This document shows, in pieces, positions 55,609-63,828 of a DNA stretch of 64,000 nucleotides. Source of the stretch: an uncultured Gammaproteobacteria bacterium (lineage in GTDB: Bacteria; Patescibacteriota; Patescibacteriia; UBA9934); the NCBI GenBank assembly GCA_964613815.1, contig CAZTKG010000001.1, forward strand, positions 136,895 through 200,894, given 5' to 3'. The position numbers and the translations under genes are program-made. Under the pieces are notes generated by a model, which worked only from the letters and a program-made list of their open reading frames with translations, did not search any database and was not told the origin of the DNA. Position 1 is the stretch's first letter. The number at the start of each line of letters is the position of its first letter.

Positions 55609-56130
55609 TTAGATCGCGTTAGGGTCTTCTTCTTCTGAAGGCGCGAAATCTTTTACGACCAGCATAACGCCGTCCGTTTTTCGTTTTGCCTCCTGTTCTA
55701 AATAATGTGTACTTACATTTGGGATGAGCTTTAGCCAGTCACGAATAAGCTCGAGAATTTCTGGTTTTTTGATTTTTCCCGTTGCATGCATTTCCATGAC
55801 CGACACTGCGACGGCCTCGCCCTTTTCTTTGAATGTCGGCTGTATTTCTGGGGTTAGCTCTAAATAGATCTCTTTGAGATCTTTTGCAAGCACCTCTTCT
55901 AGCGCGTTTTGAAATTTGCGCTCGCTTGGCTCTTCCTCGACTGGCGAAGCAGCTTCTGGCTGAGGTGCTTGCGACTCAGGAGTGAGGGCCGATTCTTGCT
56001 GTGGCAGGTTTTGATCCTCAATGTCTTCTGCGCTCGCCGGCGCTGGAGGAGCCTCCTTCGTCTCTTTTGACTCGGGCGCGAGCCCCTTTCCTAGGTCTGG
56101 GGATGAGATGAATTCTTCGTTGTCTGGCAT
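55609..56130 (-). CDS. Hypothetical protein co-transcribed with the ATPase
   Basis: Low-complexity N-terminus, helical C-terminus (WLKLIP...LEQEAK); 1-nt gap to the ATPase. Confidence 0.75.
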   Translation of the reverse strand: MPDNEEFISSPDLGKGLAPESKETKEAPPAPASAEDIEDQNLPQQESALTPESQAPQPEAASPVEEEPSERKFQNALEEVLAKDLKEIYLELTPEIQPTFKEKGEAVAVSVMEMHATGKIKKPEILELIRDWLKLIPNVSTHYLEQEAKRKTDGVMLVVKDFAPSEEEDPNAI

Positions 56131-56167
56131 AGCGTTGTTTGTGGGTATGATATCACATCCTCGCTAT

Positions 56168-56216
56168 TCCCATCTCGACTGAAATGGAGAGATCTCTCCG
56201 CAAGGTCGAGATGGGA
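56168..56216. repeat. Family A palindromic REP-like element
   Basis: TCCCATCTCGAC...GGAGAGATCTCTCC...GTCGAGATGGGA. Confidence 0.88.
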
Positions 56217-56222
56217 ATATGA

Positions 56223-57611
56223 CTATCTAATAGGTCGCACCTTCTGCCCTCCGGGCGTATCTTCGACGATATAGCCCGCCGCCTTGATCTCGTCACGAAT
56301 CCTGTCTGTCGCCTCCCAGTCCTTTGCTTCTCGCGCGTTTTGCCGATTATTGAGGAGCTTTTTGATCTCTTCTGGAATCGATTTCTCCTCTGCGATCGAT
56401 GCTTTTAGATTTAGCCCGAGGACCTTGTCCATCTCGAGAATCGTGGCGAGCTTATCTGGTTTTGATAGGGATTGGTCTTTTGTGAGATCCCAGAGTGCAG
56501 CAAGGGCGCTTGCGGTGTTGAGGTCGTCGTTCAACGCTGATGTGAACTTCTCTATGTCTGGCTCTGATAGCGCTCCGATGTCTGCGCCGAGATTCCAAAT
56601 GACGCCCTGTAAGTTGTGGAGCGCGTTGCTTGCGGCCTCGAGCGCCTCCCAAGTGAAATTTAGCGGTGATCGGTAGTGGGCAGTGAGGCAGAAATACCTG
56701 TAGGCGATGGGACCGTAGCCATGCTCTTCGACATCGTTGATAGTGAAAGCGTTACCAAGTGACTTGGACATCTTGCCACCATTGACTTGGATAAAGTCGT
56801 TGTGGAGCCACCATTTTGATAACTCGTGACCGCGCGCGCCCTCTGTTTGCGCCATTTCATTTGGATGGTGGACGGGGATGTGATCGATACCTCCGGTATG
56901 AATGTCGAATGGCGTGTCGAGATATTCTTCGCTCATGGCGGAACATTCTATGTGCCAGCCTGGAAAACCGGTGCCCCAGGGGGACTCCCATTCCATGTCT
57001 CGTTTTGTGTCTTGTGGTGAGAGTTTCCAGAGCGCGAAGTCTGAAGGGCTTCGTTTTTCGCTGTTGATGGCGACCCGACTTCCCTCTTGTTTTTCGTCCT
57101 GTTTTTGCCCGTCCAGCTTGCCGTAGCCTTCGAGTTTTGTGGTGTCGAAATACACGCCGTCCGATGTTTTGTAGGCGTAGCCGTTTTTTTCTAGATCTTG
57201 GATGAGGGCGATTTGCTGCGGGATATGGTCGGTTGCACGCGGCATGACATGTGGGTCGAGGATGTTGAGCTTTTTCATGTGCTCGAGGAAGATCTTGGTG
57301 TAAGCCTCGGCGATTTCCCAGGCGGACTTCCCCTCCTTCTTCATGGCAACGATCATTTTGTCCTCGCCGGCGTCAGCATCATCCGTTAGATGTCCGACGT
57401 CGGTGATGTTCATAACCATGCGGACCTCGTATCCGTTCATTTCCAAAACTCGGCGGAGAACATCGTCGAAGATGAAAGCACGGAAGTTGCCGATTGTCGG
57501 GATTTGATAGACGGTTGGACCACAACAGTACAAGCTCACTTTCCCTTGATTGATTGGGGTAAACTCGTCTTTGGAGCGAGTGAGGGTATTGGTGAGCTTG
57601 AGTGTATTCAT
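56223..57611 (-). CDS. cysS: Cysteine--tRNA ligase (start ATG 57611)
   Basis: YCCGPTVY, NITDVGH, DFALWK, PGWHIECSAM, KMSKS, DDLNT. Confidence 0.97.
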   Translation of the reverse strand: MNTLKLTNTLTRSKDEFTPINQGKVSLYCCGPTVYQIPTIGNFRAFIFDDVLRRVLEMNGYEVRMVMNITDVGHLTDDADAGEDKMIVAMKKEGKSAWEIAEAYTKIFLEHMKKLNILDPHVMPRATDHIPQQIALIQDLEKNGYAYKTSDGVYFDTTKLEGYGKLDGQKQDEKQEGSRVAINSEKRSPSDFALWKLSPQDTKRDMEWESPWGTGFPGWHIECSAMSEEYLDTPFDIHTGGIDHIPVHHPNEMAQTEGARGHELSKWWLHNDFIQVNGGKMSKSLGNAFTINDVEEHGYGPIAYRYFCLTAHYRSPLNFTWEALEAASNALHNLQGVIWNLGADIGALSEPDIEKFTSALNDDLNTASALAALWDLTKDQSLSKPDKLATILEMDKVLGLNLKASIAEEKSIPEEIKKLLNNRQNAREAKDWEATDRIRDEIKAAGYIVEDTPGGQKVRPIR

Positions 57612-57717
57612 ATGGAGGGAATGATAACGGGAAAGTGGGAGGTATGGCAATGATATCCGCCTTGACAATATGCATTTTTTCTGGTAAGCCTTCTCCCTGC
57701 TCATTCAGGATACAAAC

Positions 57718-58296
57718 ATGAAAACCTTTCTCATCCGCGTTCTCCCTGTTCTCGCCCCGTTTCTGGGAATCGTGCTCTGCGTTGTGAGTATATTTTCGAA
57801 GAAGCTTGATCTTTCACTGATCAACCTCCCCTTGTTCGTCGTGTACCTTCTTCTTGGGTTCGTTCTCGCTCCGGTTTATGCGCGGCTCTATTCTTCTGTC
57901 ACGCAAGACGCTGAATATCTACACGCCTTGACACGAGTCTCTACAACTGACTCCGAGCTGGAGCCAGACGTGGAGCGGCTGTCAAAAGTCACCTTGAAGA
58001 TGAAACATATGCTGCGTCTATTTTTCATCTCTGAGCGTCGCCGCGCGCTTCTCTATATGCAGGCAAAGGCGCTCATTAGCCTTGCCTTGATGGAATCGAT
58101 GGATCGTCGCGCACTCATCGAGATCGCTGGCCAGTTTTACAAGCTGGTTGATACCATGTCGCCCGCGTCATTAGATCGACTGTTTCTGGATGTTCCTGGT
58201 GTCGAAGATGCAGCCAAACGCATGCGATCTGCGCGACCAATCTCGAACATGAAAAATTCGGATTGTGAATCAATGCTGCGGTCAATCTCCTCGTAA
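57718..58296 (+). CDS. 2-TM plus helical-domain orphan protein (array member 1)
   Basis: Two N-terminal TM helices; TTGACA at 57662; terminator at 58317..58340. Confidence 0.7.
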   Translation: MKTFLIRVLPVLAPFLGIVLCVVSIFSKKLDLSLINLPLFVVYLLLGFVLAPVYARLYSSVTQDAEYLHALTRVSTTDSELEPDVERLSKVTLKMKHMLRLFFISERRRALLYMQAKALISLALMESMDRRALIEIAGQFYKLVDTMSPASLDRLFLDVPGVEDAAKRMRSARPISNMKNSDCESMLRSISS

Positions 58297-58404
58297 ACGC
58301 TTGGAGCTCCGCTATCCTGAGACCTTGAGTCTCAGTTTTTGTTTCACTATTGATCTCTGCCCATTTTTCTGCTAGCCTTAGCACGCACCTCCCACGGAGA
58401 ACCC

Positions 58405-58902
58405 ATGTCTCAAATGCTCAAAAGCCCTGCTCTCCTCATCGTTCAATGGGCCCTCTGCGCCGGCTCCATCATCTCGGCTATCATCTTCGGCATACTGTGG
58501 ATGGAAAATCCCGCGCTCGCCTTCATCCCGATGATCTCCACGTTCACGTTCGTCATCCTTGCGCTCGCGGTCAGTGGATATGCGACGGTCCGGAACATGC
58601 AGCTCATGAAGAGCGCCTCACTGAGCCTCTGCGATCTGGCTCGCGCTATCAAGCAGGACGCCACCGGCCTGTTCACGGCCGAGTACTTCCTCGGTCTGGC
58701 CAATAACGCAGCGACTGCCGAGGAGTTCGGAGGCCTGATCGATGATCACGGTCTCGCCGCCGCGCTCAGCGCATTCAACTACAAGAACCCGAACTTCCGG
58801 CTCCGTCGCCCGCTGCAGAAGGTCTACATGGAGCGCATTCGGGCGTACCGCGACGCACCTCCGCTCACCGCAGCGCCGACCGAGGCCGATGGCGGCGTCT
58901 GA
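58405..58902 (+). CDS. 2-TM plus helical-domain orphan protein (array member 2)
   Basis: Promoter TTGATC-17-TAGCCT at 58350..58378; SD GGAG; AEEF...NPNF.L motif. Confidence 0.72.
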   Translation: MSQMLKSPALLIVQWALCAGSIISAIIFGILWMENPALAFIPMISTFTFVILALAVSGYATVRNMQLMKSASLSLCDLARAIKQDATGLFTAEYFLGLANNAATAEEFGGLIDDHGLAAALSAFNYKNPNFRLRRPLQKVYMERIRAYRDAPPLTAAPTEADGGV

Positions 58903-58939
58903 TCTCTCGTGAGGCAAGTGCCTCACTCGCCCAGCAATG

Positions 58940-59000
58940 GGTGATTTTTTATATGCCGGGGGCATATAAACCCTTCGTAGCTCTACGAGCGAAGAACGGG
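58940..59000. repeat. Family D composite repeat
   Basis: GGTGATTTTTTATATGCCGGGGGCATATAAACCCTTCGTAGCTC...GCGAAGAA; near-identical inverted copy at 62892..62948. Confidence 0.75.
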
Positions 59001-59251
59001 TGGACACCCCGCAGGATCGAGGCAGGAATCGATGCACCGTACCTATACAGCTTCGCAACCTCCTTGTCGGCCTGTGCGACCTCGGCGCCGGGAGCATCTT
59101 CGCGGCGCATCCAGAAGCGCCGAGATTCGGAGAGAGCTCGCCAGGAGCTGGCAAGCACTGGTTGAGACTTGATCACCCGTTTGGGTGTTTTTTTCTTGAC
59201 ATCACGCAAGAAATCAGCCTAGTATGTAGTGTTCTTTGCCAAGGAGGCAAC

Positions 59252-59758
59252 GTGGCTGATCGTATTTATCGCGGCAACTGGTCTGACTTTCTTTTCACCG
59301 GCATGATCCTCATGGTTGGCGGCGCTTTCCTCTTGGCGAGTAGCGCGGATAGCCATGGCGAGCTTGTCGTGTTCATTCCGGTAGGTACCGGCATGGTTCT
59401 CCTGATTGCCTCCGCCTGCTGCATTTTCGGGCTCTCCGCAACGCATGCGAAGTCCCTCGAGAGCCTGCACGAGACGACGTGGTACCTCATCCATCACCTG
59501 TGCCATGCAGATGCTCGTCACCCCATGTTCGATACGTGGGCGCGGCGTATTCTGGAGAACTGTGACCAGATCGGCATGCATGCAGAGGAGTTTGAGAAGC
59601 TCTTGCGCGGCGATGGGATTCTGTCTCAGATCAACACCTTTCTCTATCTCAATTCCGACTTTGAGATGAGTCGCGGCCTGAACGAGGTTCTGCGGCGGCT
59701 CGTCAAGGAGTACCGCCAGTCGCTCGAAGGCGCCGAGCCGGATGAGCAGGCGGTCTAG
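59252..59758 (+). CDS. 2-TM plus helical-domain orphan protein (array member 3; start GTG 59252)
   Basis: Promoter TTGACA-18-TAGTAT at 59196..59225; SD AAGGAGG; MHAEEFEKLL...NSDF.M. Confidence 0.72.
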   Translation: MADRIYRGNWSDFLFTGMILMVGGAFLLASSADSHGELVVFIPVGTGMVLLIASACCIFGLSATHAKSLESLHETTWYLIHHLCHADARHPMFDTWARRILENCDQIGMHAEEFEKLLRGDGILSQINTFLYLNSDFEMSRGLNEVLRRLVKEYRQSLEGAEPDEQAV

Positions 59759-59948
59759 ACTTCCTTTTTTGGGGAGTTTTTTTATTTTCTCATCGTCTCA
59801 TTCCCTATTTCGCAGCACGCTACATGGAGGTAGGTTGAATGACGGAGAGCGATGATTCAGCGACCCACGCTTGACAACCCCTCCATTTTTTGCTAGCATT
59901 CTCAGCTGTTGATACAGTAAAATCAGCCCTTTCCACGGAGACAACGCC

Positions 59949-60401
59949 ATGCGTAGCCCCTACCTGTACCTCATCCCCCTCAGCGTTCTCCTCTCTTCCG
60001 GCGTCTTTGCGTTCGGGACCCACATGAGCCTTCTCCACATCCTCGCCGGCCTCCTTGCTGTTGGCCTCTCTACTGCCGGCGCTGTCTACCTCGCCGGATT
60101 GGCCACCGATCTACGGAGCGCCATGTTCGACAGCATGGACGACAGCGCGCGGTTCATCGGAACTCGCCAGTACTGCGAGCTGCGTATCCGAGCGTTCCTG
60201 AACCGCGCCGTGCTCTGTATGAGCCCGAGTGAGTTCCAGGACCTTCTCGGCGCCGAGCGGATGGGACCCCACATCCTCCCCGCGCTCGCGATCTTCGTCG
60301 AGCGCAATCCGGAATTCGAGCTCCGCGCTCCTCACCGGCGCGCGATCATGTCGGCCGTGACTCAGCACCTCCTGCGCTCAAGCGAGATCGCTGTCGCATA
60401 G
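59949..60401 (+). CDS. 2-TM plus helical-domain orphan protein (array member 4)
   Basis: Promoter TTGACA-17-TAGCAT at 59871..59899; SD GGAG; MSPSEFQDLL...NPEF.L. Confidence 0.72.
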   Translation: MRSPYLYLIPLSVLLSSGVFAFGTHMSLLHILAGLLAVGLSTAGAVYLAGLATDLRSAMFDSMDDSARFIGTRQYCELRIRAFLNRAVLCMSPSEFQDLLGAERMGPHILPALAIFVERNPEFELRAPHRRAIMSAVTQHLLRSSEIAVA

Positions 60402-60542
60402 CTCTTCGCCCGTTCTTGGGCGGTTTTTTTATTGATACCTCTTGGCACCATCACCCTTTCATGGGTGATTTTTTTCCTAGATCTCCTTGACATTTCTCGT
60501 GTTTTCCTGTTTTATAACCCTCCGTTCATTCTAGGAGCACCC

Positions 60543-61019
60543 ATGGAAATCCATCTCAATTCCGTTGACTCACTATTCACCAAACGCGGCCGCGCTTTTC
60601 TCGCGACGTTTGGCTGCTTGATGATGTGCCTGCTCATCATGGCTGCGTTCAGCGCGAGCGATAAAAGATCCGCGACGCTCCTCGTGATCCCACTTGGGCT
60701 GATGGGAGGATATGTTCTCGACTACTACATGAAGCGAGAAAGTGAGCATCAACTCGTCTTTGACGCTATGCAAGCGCAGATTCCCATGCTTGCCTTGGAT
60801 CTTCGGGGGCTGGAAGCAAATGACCGACGATTTCCGGATCGCGTGAAGCACCTTCTTTCTTGCGCAGTTCTCAGCATGGAACCTGCTGACCTGATCCTTG
60901 TTCTGGAGCGCGCATGCGTTTTTCATCCCGTGCACGAGTATATTCAGACCTTGAATCGGTCGAATGTCTCGCCCGCATCGCTTGCGCGTATGATGGAAGA
61001 GATCCTGGATCACCCATGA
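60543..61019 (+). CDS. 2-TM plus helical-domain orphan protein (array member 5; start ATG 60543)
   Basis: TTGACA at 60487; SD AGGAG; AVLSMEPADL. Confidence 0.7.
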   Translation: MEIHLNSVDSLFTKRGRAFLATFGCLMMCLLIMAAFSASDKRSATLLVIPLGLMGGYVLDYYMKRESEHQLVFDAMQAQIPMLALDLRGLEANDRRFPDRVKHLLSCAVLSMEPADLILVLERACVFHPVHEYIQTLNRSNVSPASLARMMEEILDHP

Positions 61020-61118
61020 GCTCTCAACGTGATCGCACCTCCCGGTAACGGGCGGTTTTTCTTTTTCCTTGACGCCTTCCTAATAAACTGCTAATGTTCC
61101 ACGTTCTTTGGAGCTATC

Positions 61119-61397
61119 ATGTTTCTTCCCATTCACTTGACTATTCCCACGGCACTGCTCTGGATCGTGGTCGGCTGCTTCCTTGCCCACGGTGTCTGGC
61201 TTGGTCATCATGTTTTCTGGGCCGCCATCGCTGTGCATGTCGTGATGGGGATCACCGGAGCCCTGTGCGTATTCAAGCTCACCACCGAAAACGAGCGTTC
61301 TCGCATGTTCATGCGCCTCTTTTCTGTGATCTCATCTGATCCCGGACTTGATGCGTCCAAGCTTCCGCGTCCTCCCCTTGAGGTTGATGACCCCTGA
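61119..61397 (+). CDS. Short 2-TM orphan protein (array member 6)
   Basis: Promoter TTGACG-17-TAATGT at 61069..61097; SD GGAG; terminator. Confidence 0.65.
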   Translation: MFLPIHLTIPTALLWIVVGCFLAHGVWLGHHVFWAAIAVHVVMGITGALCVFKLTTENERSRMFMRLFSVISSDPGLDASKLPRPPLEVDDP

Positions 61398-61518
61398 TGA
61401 CAACCCCCAAACCGGGGGTTCTTTTTATCAATCATATCGCTCGCCTACTGGTAGACGATATGCTTGACTTTTTGGCTATTTTGACCTAATCTCTGGCTAC
61501 CTGTTCTTTGGAGGTGCG

Positions 61519-62103
61519 ATGAAGCACATCAAGTATCGTCGAGTCCTTCAGGTCATGCTGGGACTGATCCTGCTCCTGTGTATCGTCAGCCACATTGTGA
61601 AAGGCGTAGACCTCGCCCTCTTCAGCGGCCTGATCACTGCTGTTGTTCTCTGGAAGCTACGGAAGCACCCGCTTGACCATCTTCCTGGGCTGCTGCGATC
61701 ACGATATGAGCAACTGCTTGGAGATCGCTATCTGCCGCTGCATCGTGATCAGCATCCGTTTATGAATCAGGCGCTGCGTGGACCAGCAGCAGATCTTCCG
61801 ACAGAGCTGTATGCCCATCATCTTTTCGAGAGCGCCTCTCGACGCGGAGTCGTTATCGGTCAGATGTTTGCGAGGCTACTTCGACTTGCCGACGAGCAGA
61901 TGAACGATGGAAATCCTGCATTTGCAGACAAGCTCCTCGATGAGGCAGCGCGGATCGTTGTCGCCTTGAAGCCTGATGTTGCGCAGCAAGTTGTCGAGGT
62001 CGAAAAGCTCGCTCCGATCGTACGCGCTATGATGACTCCTCAGCGGTATGACAAGGTTCCCCGCCCGTGGGCTGAAGCGCTTTCGGCGGCGAGTGGGGAC
62101 TGA
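61519..62103 (+). CDS. 2-TM plus helical-domain orphan protein (array member 7)
   Basis: Promoter TTGACT-17-TAATCT at 61464..61492; SD GGAGG; terminator GAGCCG..CGGCTC-T. Confidence 0.7.
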   Translation: MKHIKYRRVLQVMLGLILLLCIVSHIVKGVDLALFSGLITAVVLWKLRKHPLDHLPGLLRSRYEQLLGDRYLPLHRDQHPFMNQALRGPAADLPTELYAHHLFESASRRGVVIGQMFARLLRLADEQMNDGNPAFADKLLDEAARIVVALKPDVAQQVVEVEKLAPIVRAMMTPQRYDKVPRPWAEALSAASGD

Positions 62104-62189
62104 TTCTGAGCCGATTTCGGCTCTTTTTTTATTGACTTACTTCATTATTTGTGCCATCTTAATGATCTGCACCTTCCCCTGGAGAGACT

Positions 62190-62819
62190 ATGAAATCCTC
62201 CCTTTTCCGCCTTGCCGCTTGGATGGTCCCCTCGATCGTTCCGGCGCTCGGGGCGTCCGCGTCTGCGTGGGCTGTGTTCGAGGTCGGCGGTACCACTCCG
62301 CTTCTGTTGCTTGGCGCGTTTCTGTTTTGCTGGATCATCAGCATTGGGTTCTCGAAGAGCCTTTTGAACGTGATGAGCACGACGGATATCCTCGTTTCGT
62401 CTGATCGGATGATGCGTGAGCATATTGGTCGCATCATGACGTTCTCACATCGCCAGTTTGACCATCTTCCGCGTGATCTTGACGAGGCGCTTCGGACAAT
62501 GATTGAGCGACGTGACGTGCATCGCGCGACGATCCTCATTGCCATGACGGACTGTCTGGACATGATGGCGCGTCATGCTGACCGCCCTGGCTCTGAAATC
62601 CTGATCCGGCATTTGGGGATTGTGTTCATGACGATTGCTGGACGGCAGAGCACGGATGTCGTTCGTCGACTTCTTACTGAGACGCCGAGCGCTTCGGCAG
62701 CAATGAGGGCCGGCGTTGCCGCGTTTGGCGGCATGGAAGGCTTTGCCATCTATGGCTCGAATGCGATCGGCAAGATCGTGCGGGACTATTACGACTCACT
62801 TCCGGCGAACGCGGCGTAA
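62190..62819 (+). CDS. 2-TM plus helical-domain orphan protein (array member 8)
   Basis: TTGACT at 62132; SD GGAG; terminator GACCC..GGGTC-T. Confidence 0.7.
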   Translation: MKSSLFRLAAWMVPSIVPALGASASAWAVFEVGGTTPLLLLGAFLFCWIISIGFSKSLLNVMSTTDILVSSDRMMREHIGRIMTFSHRQFDHLPRDLDEALRTMIERRDVHRATILIAMTDCLDMMARHADRPGSEILIRHLGIVFMTIAGRQSTDVVRRLLTETPSASAAMRAGVAAFGGMEGFAIYGSNAIGKIVRDYYDSLPANAA

Positions 62820-62865
62820 GCTGCTATGCGTTGACCCGACTGGGTCTTTTTTTCTTTGTCGCAGC

Positions 62866-62948
62866 TGTCATCCTGAGGCACGGAGGATCCATTCTTCGCT
62901 GAAGCTTCGAAGGGTTCATATGCCCCCGGCATATGAAAAAAATCACCA
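62866..62948. repeat. Half family C element fused to the family D composite
   Basis: TGTCATCCTGAGGCACGGAGGATCC followed by TTCTTCGCTGAAGCTTCGAAGGG and ATATGCCCCCGGCATAT. Confidence 0.75.
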
Positions 62949-62963
62949 CCGCGGGTGCGGTGG

Positions 62964-63599
62964 CTAGGTGTCCCTCTTTGCCGGCGGAGGCGCGTCGAGA
63001 TCGTTCTTGATGACATCGACCAGGCGCTTGGTCTCGAGCTTGTGGAGCTCGAAGTCCTTACGTGCCTGCTTGAGGTCAGACCAGGTTCGGATGTGGCGGA
63101 GCTGCGCGTGCTTGATCCATGCGTCTCTCAGGAGCATGTATGCGCCGTTGATCGTTGAGTGGTGTGTCCCGCGCACGAGTGGTGTATCGCCAAAGTGCTT
63201 GAGATAGTCCTTTGCGGCAACGCGATTCCTGTGCCACCCGTCCAGAGCCTTGGTCATGTCGAGGAGAATCTTGAGATAGGAGTCCCCGTTTTCGTAATCG
63301 GTGAGATCAGCATCTACACTGTCGAACTCGATGTCGATGACGCGTACCAAGACTTCTTCCATGAGCTCTGTACGGAACTCTGGCTCGTCCTGCGTATCCG
63401 ATCTGATGGCGGAGTTGGCACGGATCGTGATGAGCTTCGCGGTCTCGTCGTAGTGATGGAGCGACTCCATCGTGAGTGCGAAGGCGCCGTCGGCGAGGCG
63501 TTCGGAGCGCTGATACATGCGCTCGGCTGAGACGCCAGCGAGGAAGACAGTGATGAAGATCAGGAAGCCGATAGCTGCCTTGACTGCGTTTCTGTTCAT
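62964..63599 (-). CDS. Single-TM helical orphan protein (cassette gene; start ATG 63599)
   Basis: SD GGAG; promoter TTGACA-17-TAAAAA at 63625..63653. Confidence 0.68.
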   Translation of the reverse strand: MNRNAVKAAIGFLIFITVFLAGVSAERMYQRSERLADGAFALTMESLHHYDETAKLITIRANSAIRSDTQDEPEFRTELMEEVLVRVIDIEFDSVDADLTDYENGDSYLKILLDMTKALDGWHRNRVAAKDYLKHFGDTPLVRGTHHSTINGAYMLLRDAWIKHAQLRHIRTWSDLKQARKDFELHKLETKRLVDVIKNDLDAPPPAKRDT

Positions 63600-63661
63600 G
63601 ACTTTCTCCAGAAAAGAACGCTTGTTTTTATCATTTTTTTGCGGATTTGTCAATGCCTTTC

Positions 63662-63734
63662 CCCATCTCGACCTTGTGGAGAGATCCTGCGCTCTTGATG
63701 ACCGCTAAGATCTCTCCACAAGGTCGAGATGGGA
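63662..63734. repeat. Family A palindromic REP-like element
   Basis: Near-perfect inverted arms. Confidence 0.9.
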
Positions 63735-63762
63735 AGCTTGAGCGACTTCCTCCATTTAACAA

Positions 63763-63793
63763 CCAAAAAGAGCCCATTCGGGGCTCTTTTTGG
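63763..63793. terminator. Bidirectional intrinsic terminator
   Basis: CCAAAAAGAGCCC-ATTCG-GGGCTCTTTTTGG. Confidence 0.8.
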
Positions 63794-63828
63794 CAATGCT
63801 TGGCGGATGCTCCAACCGCTTGCTGTGG

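Noticed and set aside
57718-62819. Integron cassette array
   Set aside because: Intergenic regions contain promoters and terminators; no recurring attC-like RYYYAAC...GTTRRRY boxes and no integrase were seen.
13950-63734. CRISPR array formed by the recurring 27-nt repeat
   Set aside because: Copies are dispersed inverted pairs kilobases apart, not direct repeats with regular spacers; no cas genes in the window.
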